Positions 41,875-50,533 of a DNA stretch of 64,000 nucleotides are shown here, piece after piece. The notes beneath the pieces are model-generated. The model saw only the letters and a list, made by a program, of their open reading frames with translations, did no database searches and was not told the DNA's origin. The stretch is from an uncultured Chroococcidiopsis sp. (GTDB taxonomy: Bacteria; Cyanobacteriota; Cyanobacteriia; Cyanobacteriales; Chroococcidiopsidaceae): positions 64,001 to 128,000 of the forward strand of contig CAXTYC010000005.1 of NCBI GenBank assembly GCA_964248365.1. The letters are read 5' to 3'. The translations under genes were made by a program, and so were the position numbers. Position 1 is the stretch's first letter, and each line of letters starts with the position of its first letter.

Positions 41875-42631
41875 ATGAATACTCTTACTGCTTGGTTCTA
41901 CAATGATTTGCAACAGGTTGGTGTTGATTTTGAGGATGCTGCACAAGTTGCAGTTTTTGACCGCAATCAGACATCGTCAAGTCAAGCAGCTGAGCGATCG
42001 CTAATTAAATATCTTGGCATTTCGACACGACATACTATAATCGACTTTGGTGCAGGTACTGGTACGTTTGCCATCGAAGCAGCACTTGCAGGCGCTCATG
42101 TGTATGCTGTTGATGTGTCAAAGGCTATGCTAGCATTGGCTCAAAAAAAAGCCGACGATGCAAATGCAGTCAATATCGAGTTTCATCACGCTGGCTTTCT
42201 AACCTACGAACACAAAGCCGAACCAGTTGATTTTGTGGTGACAAAAGCGGAAAAATTGGGGTGTGGCTTCGCCTCCCCCAATATTTTCCAAGACAGCTGC
42301 ACTTCACCATCTCCCCGATTTTTGGAAAATGGTTGCATTTTTACGGATGGCTGCCATGCTTAAGGATGGAGGTGTTCTCTATCTAAGAGACGTGATTTTT
42401 TCTTTTCCTCCTGGTGAGTATCAATCTCATATCGATGCTTGGATTAAAAAGGCGGCAAAGCCTGCTGGCGAAGGCTTCACAACTAGTGACTTTGAAATGC
42501 ACGTCCGAGAAGAACACAGCACTTTCGCTTGGATTATTGAAGGTATGCTGATTAAGGCAGGGTTTAAAATTGAAACAGCGGATTATCCTTCACCTGTATT
42601 TGCTCAATATATTTGTAGGAAGGGTAGATAA
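41875..42631 (+). pseudogene. Class I SAM-dependent methyltransferase frameshifted by a 49-bp hairpin insertion
   Basis: IDFGAGTG motif I in the first ORF and ALHHLPDFWK in the second; removing 42249-42297 restores DFVVTKAALHHLPD. Confidence 0.85.
42249..42297. mobile_element. Miniature hairpin insertion element
   Basis: GGAAAAATTGGGG...CCCCAATATTTTCC inverted repeat; AGC flanks both sides. Confidence 0.75.
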
Positions 42632-42635
42632 GCAC

Positions 42636-43220
42636 CTAGGCCGCCAACACTTGCTCTGCGGTTAAGTTTAGTTGCGAGAAAGTCCGAGATACAATCGAAT
42701 CTGTTCGTTTAAACTCTGTTGACTCGTAGCATCCATCAACCAGTAGCAAAACAATCACCTTGGCTTGTTGTAAATCTACAATCCAATACTCAGGAATCCC
42801 GATTGTCCGATACTCTTGTTCTTTAGCTTGATAGTCTGTCTTCTTCGAGCTTGGGCTAACTATTTCCACAACCCGCAATGGTGCAGTTCTCATAACAGCG
42901 GCTTTCGACTTCTGGGCTTTCACTACAGCCCATTGCTCTGTCGTCATTATGCACAAGTCTGGAGTGCGAGAGCGATCTTTGCCACTATTAGGATTAATAC
43001 CTACATACACGCCCACATCCCGCTTGACTATCCAAGTTTGTTGCTGCTTGCTAATTTCGGCTTTAAAAACATCAGATAATAGATTGATCGCATCTGAATG
43101 CTCACCTGTTGGTAGTGGAACCATTACTAGCTCACCATCCACCAACTCATAGCGATTATCCGTACCGTCATCGTAAGTCAAATATTCCTCAAAAGTAAGC
43201 TTTAAGGGTGTCTGAGTCAT
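42636..43220 (-). CDS. Uma2-family (PD-(D/E)XK) endonuclease-like protein
   Basis: LTFEEYL, RYELVDGEL, PDL, VEIVSP, Y..IGIPEYWIVD. Confidence 0.9.
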   Translation of the reverse strand: MTQTPLKLTFEEYLTYDDGTDNRYELVDGELVMVPLPTGEHSDAINLLSDVFKAEISKQQQTWIVKRDVGVYVGINPNSGKDRSRTPDLCIMTTEQWAVVKAQKSKAAVMRTAPLRVVEIVSPSSKKTDYQAKEQEYRTIGIPEYWIVDLQQAKVIVLLLVDGCYESTEFKRTDSIVSRTFSQLNLTAEQVLAA

Positions 43221-43266
43221 GACAGCATCTCTAATTCAATGCGCTCAATAATATGAAGCATGATTA

Positions 43267-43659
43267 CTAAATCTTGCTCGATGCACGAAAAAAGTGCTGT
43301 TTTAGCACATCCAGGCGCGAACAATTCCAGTAATCAACGTGGGAAGCAATCAACCCCTCAGAATTGAGTTTTAATTCACTCCAACCAGGAACAGCAATTC
43401 GGGGTTTCCAGGGAAGGGGAGTATTCCAACTCAATGTCCACTCCATAGTAATCGTATCACCCTCACCCCGTATGTCGTGTAAATCCATTTTGGTAGCAAT
43501 GAAGAAAGTTTTGATAAAGCCAAACATTATTTTATAAAGCCAAAGCCCACGAAAGCGGCTGAGTGGATCTTGAAAGTAGATATCTTTGGCGTAGATACTG
43601 TATGTTTGATCGACAGGGAATTTTGCGTAGTCTTGTTTGAGAATTTGAATAATGTCCAT
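43267..43659 (-). CDS. DUF2358 (NTF2-like) protein
   Basis: IYAKDIYFQDPL..F.G, HVDYW. Confidence 0.85.
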   Translation of the reverse strand: MDIIQILKQDYAKFPVDQTYSIYAKDIYFQDPLSRFRGLWLYKIMFGFIKTFFIATKMDLHDIRGEGDTITMEWTLSWNTPLPWKPRIAVPGWSELKLNSEGLIASHVDYWNCSRLDVLKQHFFRASSKI

Positions 43660-43711
43660 TGTTTTAATGCTCCTACAGTAGAGATGCTCGCGCGTCGCAT
43701 CTCTACAAATT

Positions 43712-44302
43712 TTATGGTTCTACTTCTGACCAAAGTTTTTCTAGCCGACGCTTCCATGCTGCTATTACTAGTTCGCGGGATTGTTTACCCTGTTCTAAAT
43801 CACCTAATAATCCCTCTTCGTAGAAACGTTCTATATTTTGCAGGGTGGCTTCTAGGGATTGTCCCTGCTGCTTTTGTGCTTTGATAATTTGGCTAATCCG
43901 ATTTTCAACTAACTGATTAAACGCATCAGATAAACCTACTTGATTTAGCTCGATCAGTCTGGCGATCGCATCAGTAAAATCTCCTATTGCCAAATTTACC
44001 AAATTATGCTGAAATACCCCCCATACTACTCCTTGGTGCAAGGCATAGCGAACTTCCTGGGTGTCATCAAAGTTCGCTTCTAGCAACTGTTGCATAAATG
44101 GTTGTGCTGCCCCTGCTGAAGTAATCGGAAGTAGCACTCGCAGCCAAGATTCATCTTCCGAGAGCAGTACCAAAAGACGAAAATCAGGAGTTTCTATCTG
44201 CCAAGATCCTGGCGTGTTAGCAACGCTATCCCCAGCAATCGCTTGCACAGATGCTGAACTAAATAAATCTGTAAGTTTACTAGCAATTTCTTCAGGTTTC
44301 AT
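43712..44302 (-). CDS. Conserved hypothetical protein (YbjN/CesT-like fold)
   Basis: LLEANFDDTQEVRYAL pattern. Confidence 0.7.
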   Translation of the reverse strand: MKPEEIASKLTDLFSSASVQAIAGDSVANTPGSWQIETPDFRLLVLLSEDESWLRVLLPITSAGAAQPFMQQLLEANFDDTQEVRYALHQGVVWGVFQHNLVNLAIGDFTDAIARLIELNQVGLSDAFNQLVENRISQIIKAQKQQGQSLEATLQNIERFYEEGLLGDLEQGKQSRELVIAAWKRRLEKLWSEVEP

Positions 44303-44404
44303 ATACTATCCTGCCCAAACCAAGAAGGTGTCTATTACTAGTAGACTCCTTTTGCGCTCTGCTCGAATCAGCCTGATGGTAGTAACAATATAAGGAAAGC
44401 AAGA

Positions 44405-45964
44405 TTATACAGCTTGTACTCGTCCAGTCGGATTAGTAACCAAACCAAGTCTTTTAGCAATTTCGTCTGGAACAAAGCTAGGTATGCCAACTGATACTTG
44501 CAAAGCTAAGCTGCAATCAAGTACTGTCAAAAGAAAACCTCTAATTGCTTGCTTGTTCGGTATGGTATCTACCTGCGCTAAAAACTTACGCCAATTCACC
44601 TCATTATTGCCACAAAGATCTACCAGGTATAAGCTAGCAAGATATTCTGCCAAAAGATCGTAGGTAAAGCAAATTGAGTCTTGAGCCTTACCAACTGTTT
44701 GGATCATACCAAGGTGTTTTTCTAGATACTGGAGGTATGCTTGGGCTGCATTACGTCCATTTAGTGCAGTAATTGCAGCTAACACATGAGCGCGCTTAAC
44801 CGCGATTGGTTGATAGGTTTGCTTAACACATTCCCAGGCGATCGCTTTTGCATACTTTTGGACAGTTTTATGCTCGAATGCTATATTCCCAACACTAAAA
44901 TTAGAAGGTAAGCTAATTTCTTTTTTTTCGGTTTTTTGTTGTCTTAAAGTAATTTGTGTATTAATCCAAGCATCCAAAACTCTGGGGTGATGCTCTAAAA
45001 AGCTGACAAAAAGCAAAGAGCGAACTGGTAATTCATACTTGCCCAGTGAACCAGGCAAACTAATGCGTGTGTATTTTTTCAAAATATTGTTTATATTTAA
45101 TAACCATACAGGACGAAGCCACAGCATGAGCGACCATAATGATATTAGTGATAGCAAGTATATCAGGGCGCTCGCTATCAATTTGTGCTGAAACACCCAC
45201 CTATATGTTCGTTCTAAAATTCGCCCATCTTGCTCAGCTTTGAGCAATTTCAAAGACTGATTTAAAAGCGCTATTTCTGTATTTGAATTAGTTTTATTTT
45301 CTATTGCTTTAGACGCTGTTTCCAGTTGGGAAATAATTTTTTCCAATTCTGAACTTGATAATGACTGGGCATGATACTGAAAATCTACCGCAATTCTACC
45401 TAAAGCATAGGCAGCAGCTGAACTGGTTGACCGATCATTATCCTGCAAAACTGAGGTGAGAGCAGGGATTGCTGGTTGCGCTTCCTGACCCATACTACCT
45501 AAAGCCGTTGCTACAATAGAGCGAACTGACTTGTCATCGTCCTGTAATGCAACAGTAAGAGCAGGAAGTGCTATTTTAGCTCTAGCGCCCATGCTTCCTA
45601 AAGCCGTTGCCGCACTGGAGCGTACAATCGGACTTGTATCTTTTAGTGCTATGGCAAGAGCTGGAGTAGCTGACTGGGCTCCTATACCCATGCTGGCTAA
45701 AGCTGATGCCGCATTGATCTTCACTTTTTCATCGTGATGCCGCAAATTGCTTGCAAGAGTCTCAACAGCTGGCGAACCACATTTTCTTAAAGCCGCAATA
45801 GTAAAAATCCACTCCGCCGTATTGTTTAATTTTTTTATATGGCTGTTAATGTCTGCCTGGGAGCATTCTTTTGCCCAAACATTATTGTTCGGTAGATAAC
45901 AAAAGAGGCAAAATAAAGTAATTTGTAACCCTATAATTATTTTTTCTTTTTTGTTCTTATTCAT
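44405..45964 (-). CDS. Signal peptide, HEAT repeats, TM and a helical C-terminal domain
   Basis: Four to five VRxxAAxALGxMG HEAT units, TM IASALIYLLSLISLWSLMLWL, C-terminal FTYDLLAEYLA. Confidence 0.85.
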   Translation of the reverse strand: MNKNKKEKIIIGLQITLFCLFCYLPNNNVWAKECSQADINSHIKKLNNTAEWIFTIAALRKCGSPAVETLASNLRHHDEKVKINAASALASMGIGAQSATPALAIALKDTSPIVRSSAATALGSMGARAKIALPALTVALQDDDKSVRSIVATALGSMGQEAQPAIPALTSVLQDNDRSTSSAAAYALGRIAVDFQYHAQSLSSSELEKIISQLETASKAIENKTNSNTEIALLNQSLKLLKAEQDGRILERTYRWVFQHKLIASALIYLLSLISLWSLMLWLRPVWLLNINNILKKYTRISLPGSLGKYELPVRSLLFVSFLEHHPRVLDAWINTQITLRQQKTEKKEISLPSNFSVGNIAFEHKTVQKYAKAIAWECVKQTYQPIAVKRAHVLAAITALNGRNAAQAYLQYLEKHLGMIQTVGKAQDSICFTYDLLAEYLASLYLVDLCGNNEVNWRKFLAQVDTIPNKQAIRGFLLTVLDCSLALQVSVGIPSFVPDEIAKRLGLVTNPTGRVQAV

Positions 45965-46731
45965 ACGTTATTTTGCACTTTAACCTAAGCTCAATTGCCA
46001 TCATCAACATCTAACGTGCTAAGAGAAATATTAATGTTGTAAATAATTAGTAGTAGTTAATTTGTATATATTACTAATTTTATTGTCAATTCAAGCATAA
46101 ATAAAATGCATTTGTTAAGTGTAAACAGCTAAAAGTCAAAATCACCTTTTGTACTAAACTAAACAAAAGTGTTACTATTAAAAAAATTACCAAAATGGCA
46201 CTAAAATTTTTTGTATAAAAACAACAAAATGTCTAGTTAAAATTGTCAGATGTGTACATTATCATCGGAAAAGTATGTTATATATTATACATTAAATTGA
46301 TTCAACCACAACTATTATATTTAGTAAATACTTCGCTAGAAGCAATATTTAAGGTGTTGTACACAATCTGATGATAATGTCACACATAGAGGCTGTTTGG
46401 GCGGCTTCAAGGCAGCTTCGACGCGCTCGTCGCAAAGGCAATAAGAAGAAATCATCACAAGTTTTGTGCCGCTATATCTAATTAAACAGATTACTCAAAT
46501 AGAGTAAGCTTGAAGCCGCAAATACCTTTCGCTGCTAAACCAGTATTCACCTCAATTCACAATTAGGGTTAAAAACTGAATTGTGAATTGTGAATTATAA
46601 ATTACCTTCTGACAGATAAAGAATAAATACACATAGCTAGATGAGAATTGCTTTTAACAAGAGTTAGAGCAAGCAAAACAAGAGCTATAAAATTTTGCCT
46701 TTATAACTATCTAATACTTGGGATTAGCTCA

Positions 46732-48147
46732 TCAATTATCTTTCTGCTGTTTGGTAGGAAAATGGAATGTGCTGTCAGCCACTGCACGTACTTGGGATTT
46801 GAGTGCTGGTGGTGCTACTTTTTCTGCCTGCTCAAACAAAGCAGTTGCACTTTTGGTATCCCCATTAACTTTACGCAGAACTGCTTTACCAACCAAAGCT
46901 TTGAGGTGATTGTTGTCCTGAGCTAGAATTTGGTCATAGACATTTTCTGCATCAGCCGCTTTGCCCATAATTTCATACAACTGTGCTAGCTTTAAGCGCA
47001 AATCAATACGCTGAGGCTCTCGTTGAATAATTTGCTCAAGCTGCTTTGTGGCTTGTTCAAACTGCCCAGTTCGTTGTAGAGCATCGATATTTTCTATAGC
47101 ATTGTTATTATTAAACTGAGGTTGAAAAAATCGCTGGGAGCCTATGAGCAATATCAAAAGCATTGTGACTGAGCCAAGAGTTATATATAGTAATGACCTA
47201 CGTTTTAATACGTTATTACCAGGCGAAAGTAAACTACTAGCACTTTTTACTTGTACTTGGCTATCTGAACTGAAAAGATTTTGCGCTGCTGAGGAAGGCA
47301 ATTCTTGCTGTGACTGATACTTGTTTGGTAATGTACGGTTGAGCAAATTGAGGATTTGATGCTCTAAACCGGGATTATGAACTTTATTTAACTCCCAAAC
47401 TACCCAAAGCAGTGAAACAGCTGCACCTTTAGCTTCGAGCCTTGCCACATTATTATTCTGAATCAGCGGAACAAATGAATGGAAGATTTGATATTTAGCT
47501 TTTACAGCATTAAGATGTGCGGTTAATGGTTGTAGTTTTTTTGTAATTATTTGTTGGCTGACAGAGCTAGGTTCTAGTAAATCTGATTTAGTAAGTATCA
47601 ATGCTAAAGGATACTCTAAACCATTCAAATAAACTAGACTAGTGAGTGCCATTACTTGTTCAAAAATATCATCCAATACTTGAACATAAGCATCACTATG
47701 TCTTAGAGCATAGGCATCAATAAACACACAGCAACCATGAGAATTAAATACCATGTTGCGAAATTCCAGATTATGAATGTCGCAAATTTCACCAGGAATG
47801 TCATTCCAACTGAAGTTGCATAGTGTTTGTTCACCCCACAAACTTTGTTTTTTCAAGCTGAACTTAAAGTTCACAATTTTCATTGTGGGTGGCGGATATT
47901 GATTAGTCTGAACAATATAGTTAATAATTTTTTCAATATTTTCCTGTACTTGATCAGTTTGGCAATCAAACCACAATTTTTGCGGGTGTGCTGTTAGGTG
48001 ATTAGCTTGTAGTTCTACGTAGCTACCCACGATAAAAACCGTTTTACCTACACCTCTTTGACCAATGCTCAGTAAGTTAAATGTTTTTGTTTGTGCCAAA
48101 TTTTTAGAGAATACATTTATCTTTTTCTTTCCGACTCTTGCAGTCAT
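46732..48147 (-). CDS. TRAFAC-type P-loop GTPase with TM and C-terminal TPR repeats
   Basis: G1 GQRGVGKT, G2 PPPT, G3 DIPG, G4 TKSD; TM LLYITLGSVTMLLILLIG; TPR tail. Confidence 0.8.
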   Translation of the reverse strand: MTARVGKKKINVFSKNLAQTKTFNLLSIGQRGVGKTVFIVGSYVELQANHLTAHPQKLWFDCQTDQVQENIEKIINYIVQTNQYPPPTMKIVNFKFSLKKQSLWGEQTLCNFSWNDIPGEICDIHNLEFRNMVFNSHGCCVFIDAYALRHSDAYVQVLDDIFEQVMALTSLVYLNGLEYPLALILTKSDLLEPSSVSQQIITKKLQPLTAHLNAVKAKYQIFHSFVPLIQNNNVARLEAKGAAVSLLWVVWELNKVHNPGLEHQILNLLNRTLPNKYQSQQELPSSAAQNLFSSDSQVQVKSASSLLSPGNNVLKRRSLLYITLGSVTMLLILLIGSQRFFQPQFNNNNAIENIDALQRTGQFEQATKQLEQIIQREPQRIDLRLKLAQLYEIMGKAADAENVYDQILAQDNNHLKALVGKAVLRKVNGDTKSATALFEQAEKVAPPALKSQVRAVADSTFHFPTKQQKDN

Positions 48148-48433
48148 ACTGATTTCTTCCTGTCTACGCTATATAAGGTTAAGTTATAAAAATTTTTCGC
48201 AATTAGCAGCAGCATATCATTCAGTCATCAGCAAAAAAAGTTAAATTTATTACAAGGATATTCTGTAATTATACATAAATAGTCTCTACTGAGTAATAAA
48301 TATTGCTATAAACTACACAACTACTGAAAAACGCCTGAGAAATCTAATCCCTACTACTTGGTACTAATAAAAGTATAAAGCGAAAGTATATTGGACAACT
48401 CCTACATACAATAAGGCAATTAAGCAACAACTA

Positions 48434-50404
48434 CTAGCGCAGGGGTACAAAACCAGCCTGTTTGATCATTTGTTGTCCTTCTGAGGAAAATAGCAAATTA
48501 GCGTAGGCTATACCAGCCTGTTCATCAACACCGCCCTTTTGCCTAATAACGATAAATAAGCGTCTAGTTAGGGGATAAGAACCATTGGCAAAGGCAGTTA
48601 TATTCACACGATTTTTATTATTTATATCAAAAGGATATACAAAATACTGGTTATCTATAGTAGATAAGGGCAAAGGATTGATAGTAGCTAAGGACACAGA
48701 ATCTACAGATTTTTGCCCAATCACCTCACTGGCTGTAGCATAGCCAATTCCTCCAGGAGTTTTAGCAACGGAACGAATAGAGTCTGTTGTAGTTTCTACT
48801 TGTCGTACATTTTGGGTGAATTCGTGTCCTGCCAAGACTTTTTCTTTTATAAAATCCGCAGTTCCGCTAAATTGCGGGTTACGGGTAAAAGGAGTAATTG
48901 GCAGGTCAGAACCACCTACTTGTTTCCAGTTAGTAATTTTCCCAGTAAAAATATCTCTAATTTGATTTAAGCTTAAACCAGGAATAAGTATCTGGCGATT
49001 GACATAGAAGGCAATTCCATCGATCCCAATCGGTATCTGTTCTAAAGTAAAGCCAAGTTTTTGGGCTTGTAGGAATTCAGATTCTTTTATAGGTCGAGAA
49101 GATTGGGCAAAACTTAATTGACCTGCAAGCAACATTTTAATTCCAATTGTCGACCCATGTTTGTGTGGAATTGGGTCGGTATAAATTAATTTAAATTGCG
49201 GGTGAGCTTGCGCGATCGCTTTTACTATAGACAAAGATCGCAGTGGTGCAAAGCTAGTAGAACCTCCGTATTTAAAACTTCCCTGCGGTACATTGGGTAC
49301 ATCGGCTAATGTTTTGTAGACAACTGAATTTCTTGCCCAAGAAATTGAATCACGATAGTTTGAATTAGAAACACTCGCTAGCCGCAAACCATAAATACCA
49401 AAAGCCAAAGCTAAAACACTAGCAACAATGCCTATTAAGAGTAACAGTTGAGTTTTTTGGTGTGCCAACACAAAATCATGATTAGCACTTTTATTTAAAG
49501 TTTGACTTAAATATTCTGTGTTAGAAATATTCTTCTGGTTAGTTTTTTTTGCCCTAGATGTATAAACATCTGCTGTATTGTCTGCTACTGTTTGTCGATT
49601 AAGCCAGGTTTTAATAGGTTCCTTAGTTTTATCTTTAACAACTAAACTGCGAGTGTTAACCTTTGCCAGGTACGAGGGCTGATTTTTTTTACCTAAAACT
49701 TGTTTATAGGACTGCAATTGTTGCTTGTAGCTCTGATAAACTTGTATAGCAGTAGTTTCATCAGGTGTAGGCTTTTGGGCATCTAGATCTGTTGTATCTA
49801 GGTTCAAACCATAAATGACATAACTGGTGTATATTGAAAGAGTTGCTATTTGCTGCTCGTAGGTTCGCCCATTTAGATCGATTACCGTTTCCTGTTCATA
49901 TACGGGGACAAACATTTCTAGCAATTCCCCTTGTCGCAAGGCAAAAAAGCTGCGCTGTCGAACAGCCAGCCCAATTGCTACCCCAGCTCGAGCTGGTTGG
50001 TAACTCCACAAGTTTGGTATCACTTTAGTCTTTAAGCAGGTTGATGGGTTGTGTCGATCTATCAGTGCTACTGGACCTTTTTCCAAACAAGTAAAAATAT
50101 TAGCAAGTTGAAACTCAAACAATGGCTCTGTTAGGTAATAGCAGACGAATAATGGTACATCACTACGACCTATGTCATCTGCTCCATCGTTGTATAACCA
50201 GCCAAACAAGGTTTGCTCTGGTGATACTTGATACAAGTAAACAGCACGATATCCAGGCGGAGGGGGATTGTAAGAATCCCAATACTGAGATACACGTTGC
50301 ATGAAGGCTTGCTGTATCTCTAGAGGCACAGAGGTACTAGCAAGGGTTCTAAATCCCCTAAGTGCAAAGCTGGTGTAAACAAGTTGACCGAGAAATAAGT
50401 ACAT
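48434..50404 (-). CDS. GAP1-N2-like domain, TM and PstS-like periplasmic binding domain fusion
   Basis: N-terminal GQLVYTSF..GF...GADDIGR; TM LLLLIGIVASVLALAFGIYGL; PBP motifs GGSTS, AQSSRP, DGIAFYVN, SGT, YPLTRRLF. Confidence 0.75.
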   Translation of the reverse strand: MYLFLGQLVYTSFALRGFRTLASTSVPLEIQQAFMQRVSQYWDSYNPPPPGYRAVYLYQVSPEQTLFGWLYNDGADDIGRSDVPLFVCYYLTEPLFEFQLANIFTCLEKGPVALIDRHNPSTCLKTKVIPNLWSYQPARAGVAIGLAVRQRSFFALRQGELLEMFVPVYEQETVIDLNGRTYEQQIATLSIYTSYVIYGLNLDTTDLDAQKPTPDETTAIQVYQSYKQQLQSYKQVLGKKNQPSYLAKVNTRSLVVKDKTKEPIKTWLNRQTVADNTADVYTSRAKKTNQKNISNTEYLSQTLNKSANHDFVLAHQKTQLLLLIGIVASVLALAFGIYGLRLASVSNSNYRDSISWARNSVVYKTLADVPNVPQGSFKYGGSTSFAPLRSLSIVKAIAQAHPQFKLIYTDPIPHKHGSTIGIKMLLAGQLSFAQSSRPIKESEFLQAQKLGFTLEQIPIGIDGIAFYVNRQILIPGLSLNQIRDIFTGKITNWKQVGGSDLPITPFTRNPQFSGTADFIKEKVLAGHEFTQNVRQVETTTDSIRSVAKTPGGIGYATASEVIGQKSVDSVSLATINPLPLSTIDNQYFVYPFDINNKNRVNITAFANGSYPLTRRLFIVIRQKGGVDEQAGIAYANLLFSSEGQQMIKQAGFVPLR

Positions 50405-50533
50405 GATATTGGGTCTGGAATACGTGTTTATGTTGAAATATGTTGCAAAAAAAGAGGGATGACATCAAGATTTTAATTGTGTCAGATGTATTTAGGTAGC
50501 AATTACAGAAGTATTTAGCCAAGTGAAAGCAAA

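Noticed and set aside
42263..42631. Independent 122-aa gene
   Set aside because: Its start codon lies inside the inserted hairpin; it is the C-terminal half of the broken methyltransferase
48434..49300. pstS of a phosphate ABC transporter
   Set aside because: No pstCAB nearby, and the domain is fused behind a TM to a large N-terminal region, which fits a receptor better than a transporter subunit
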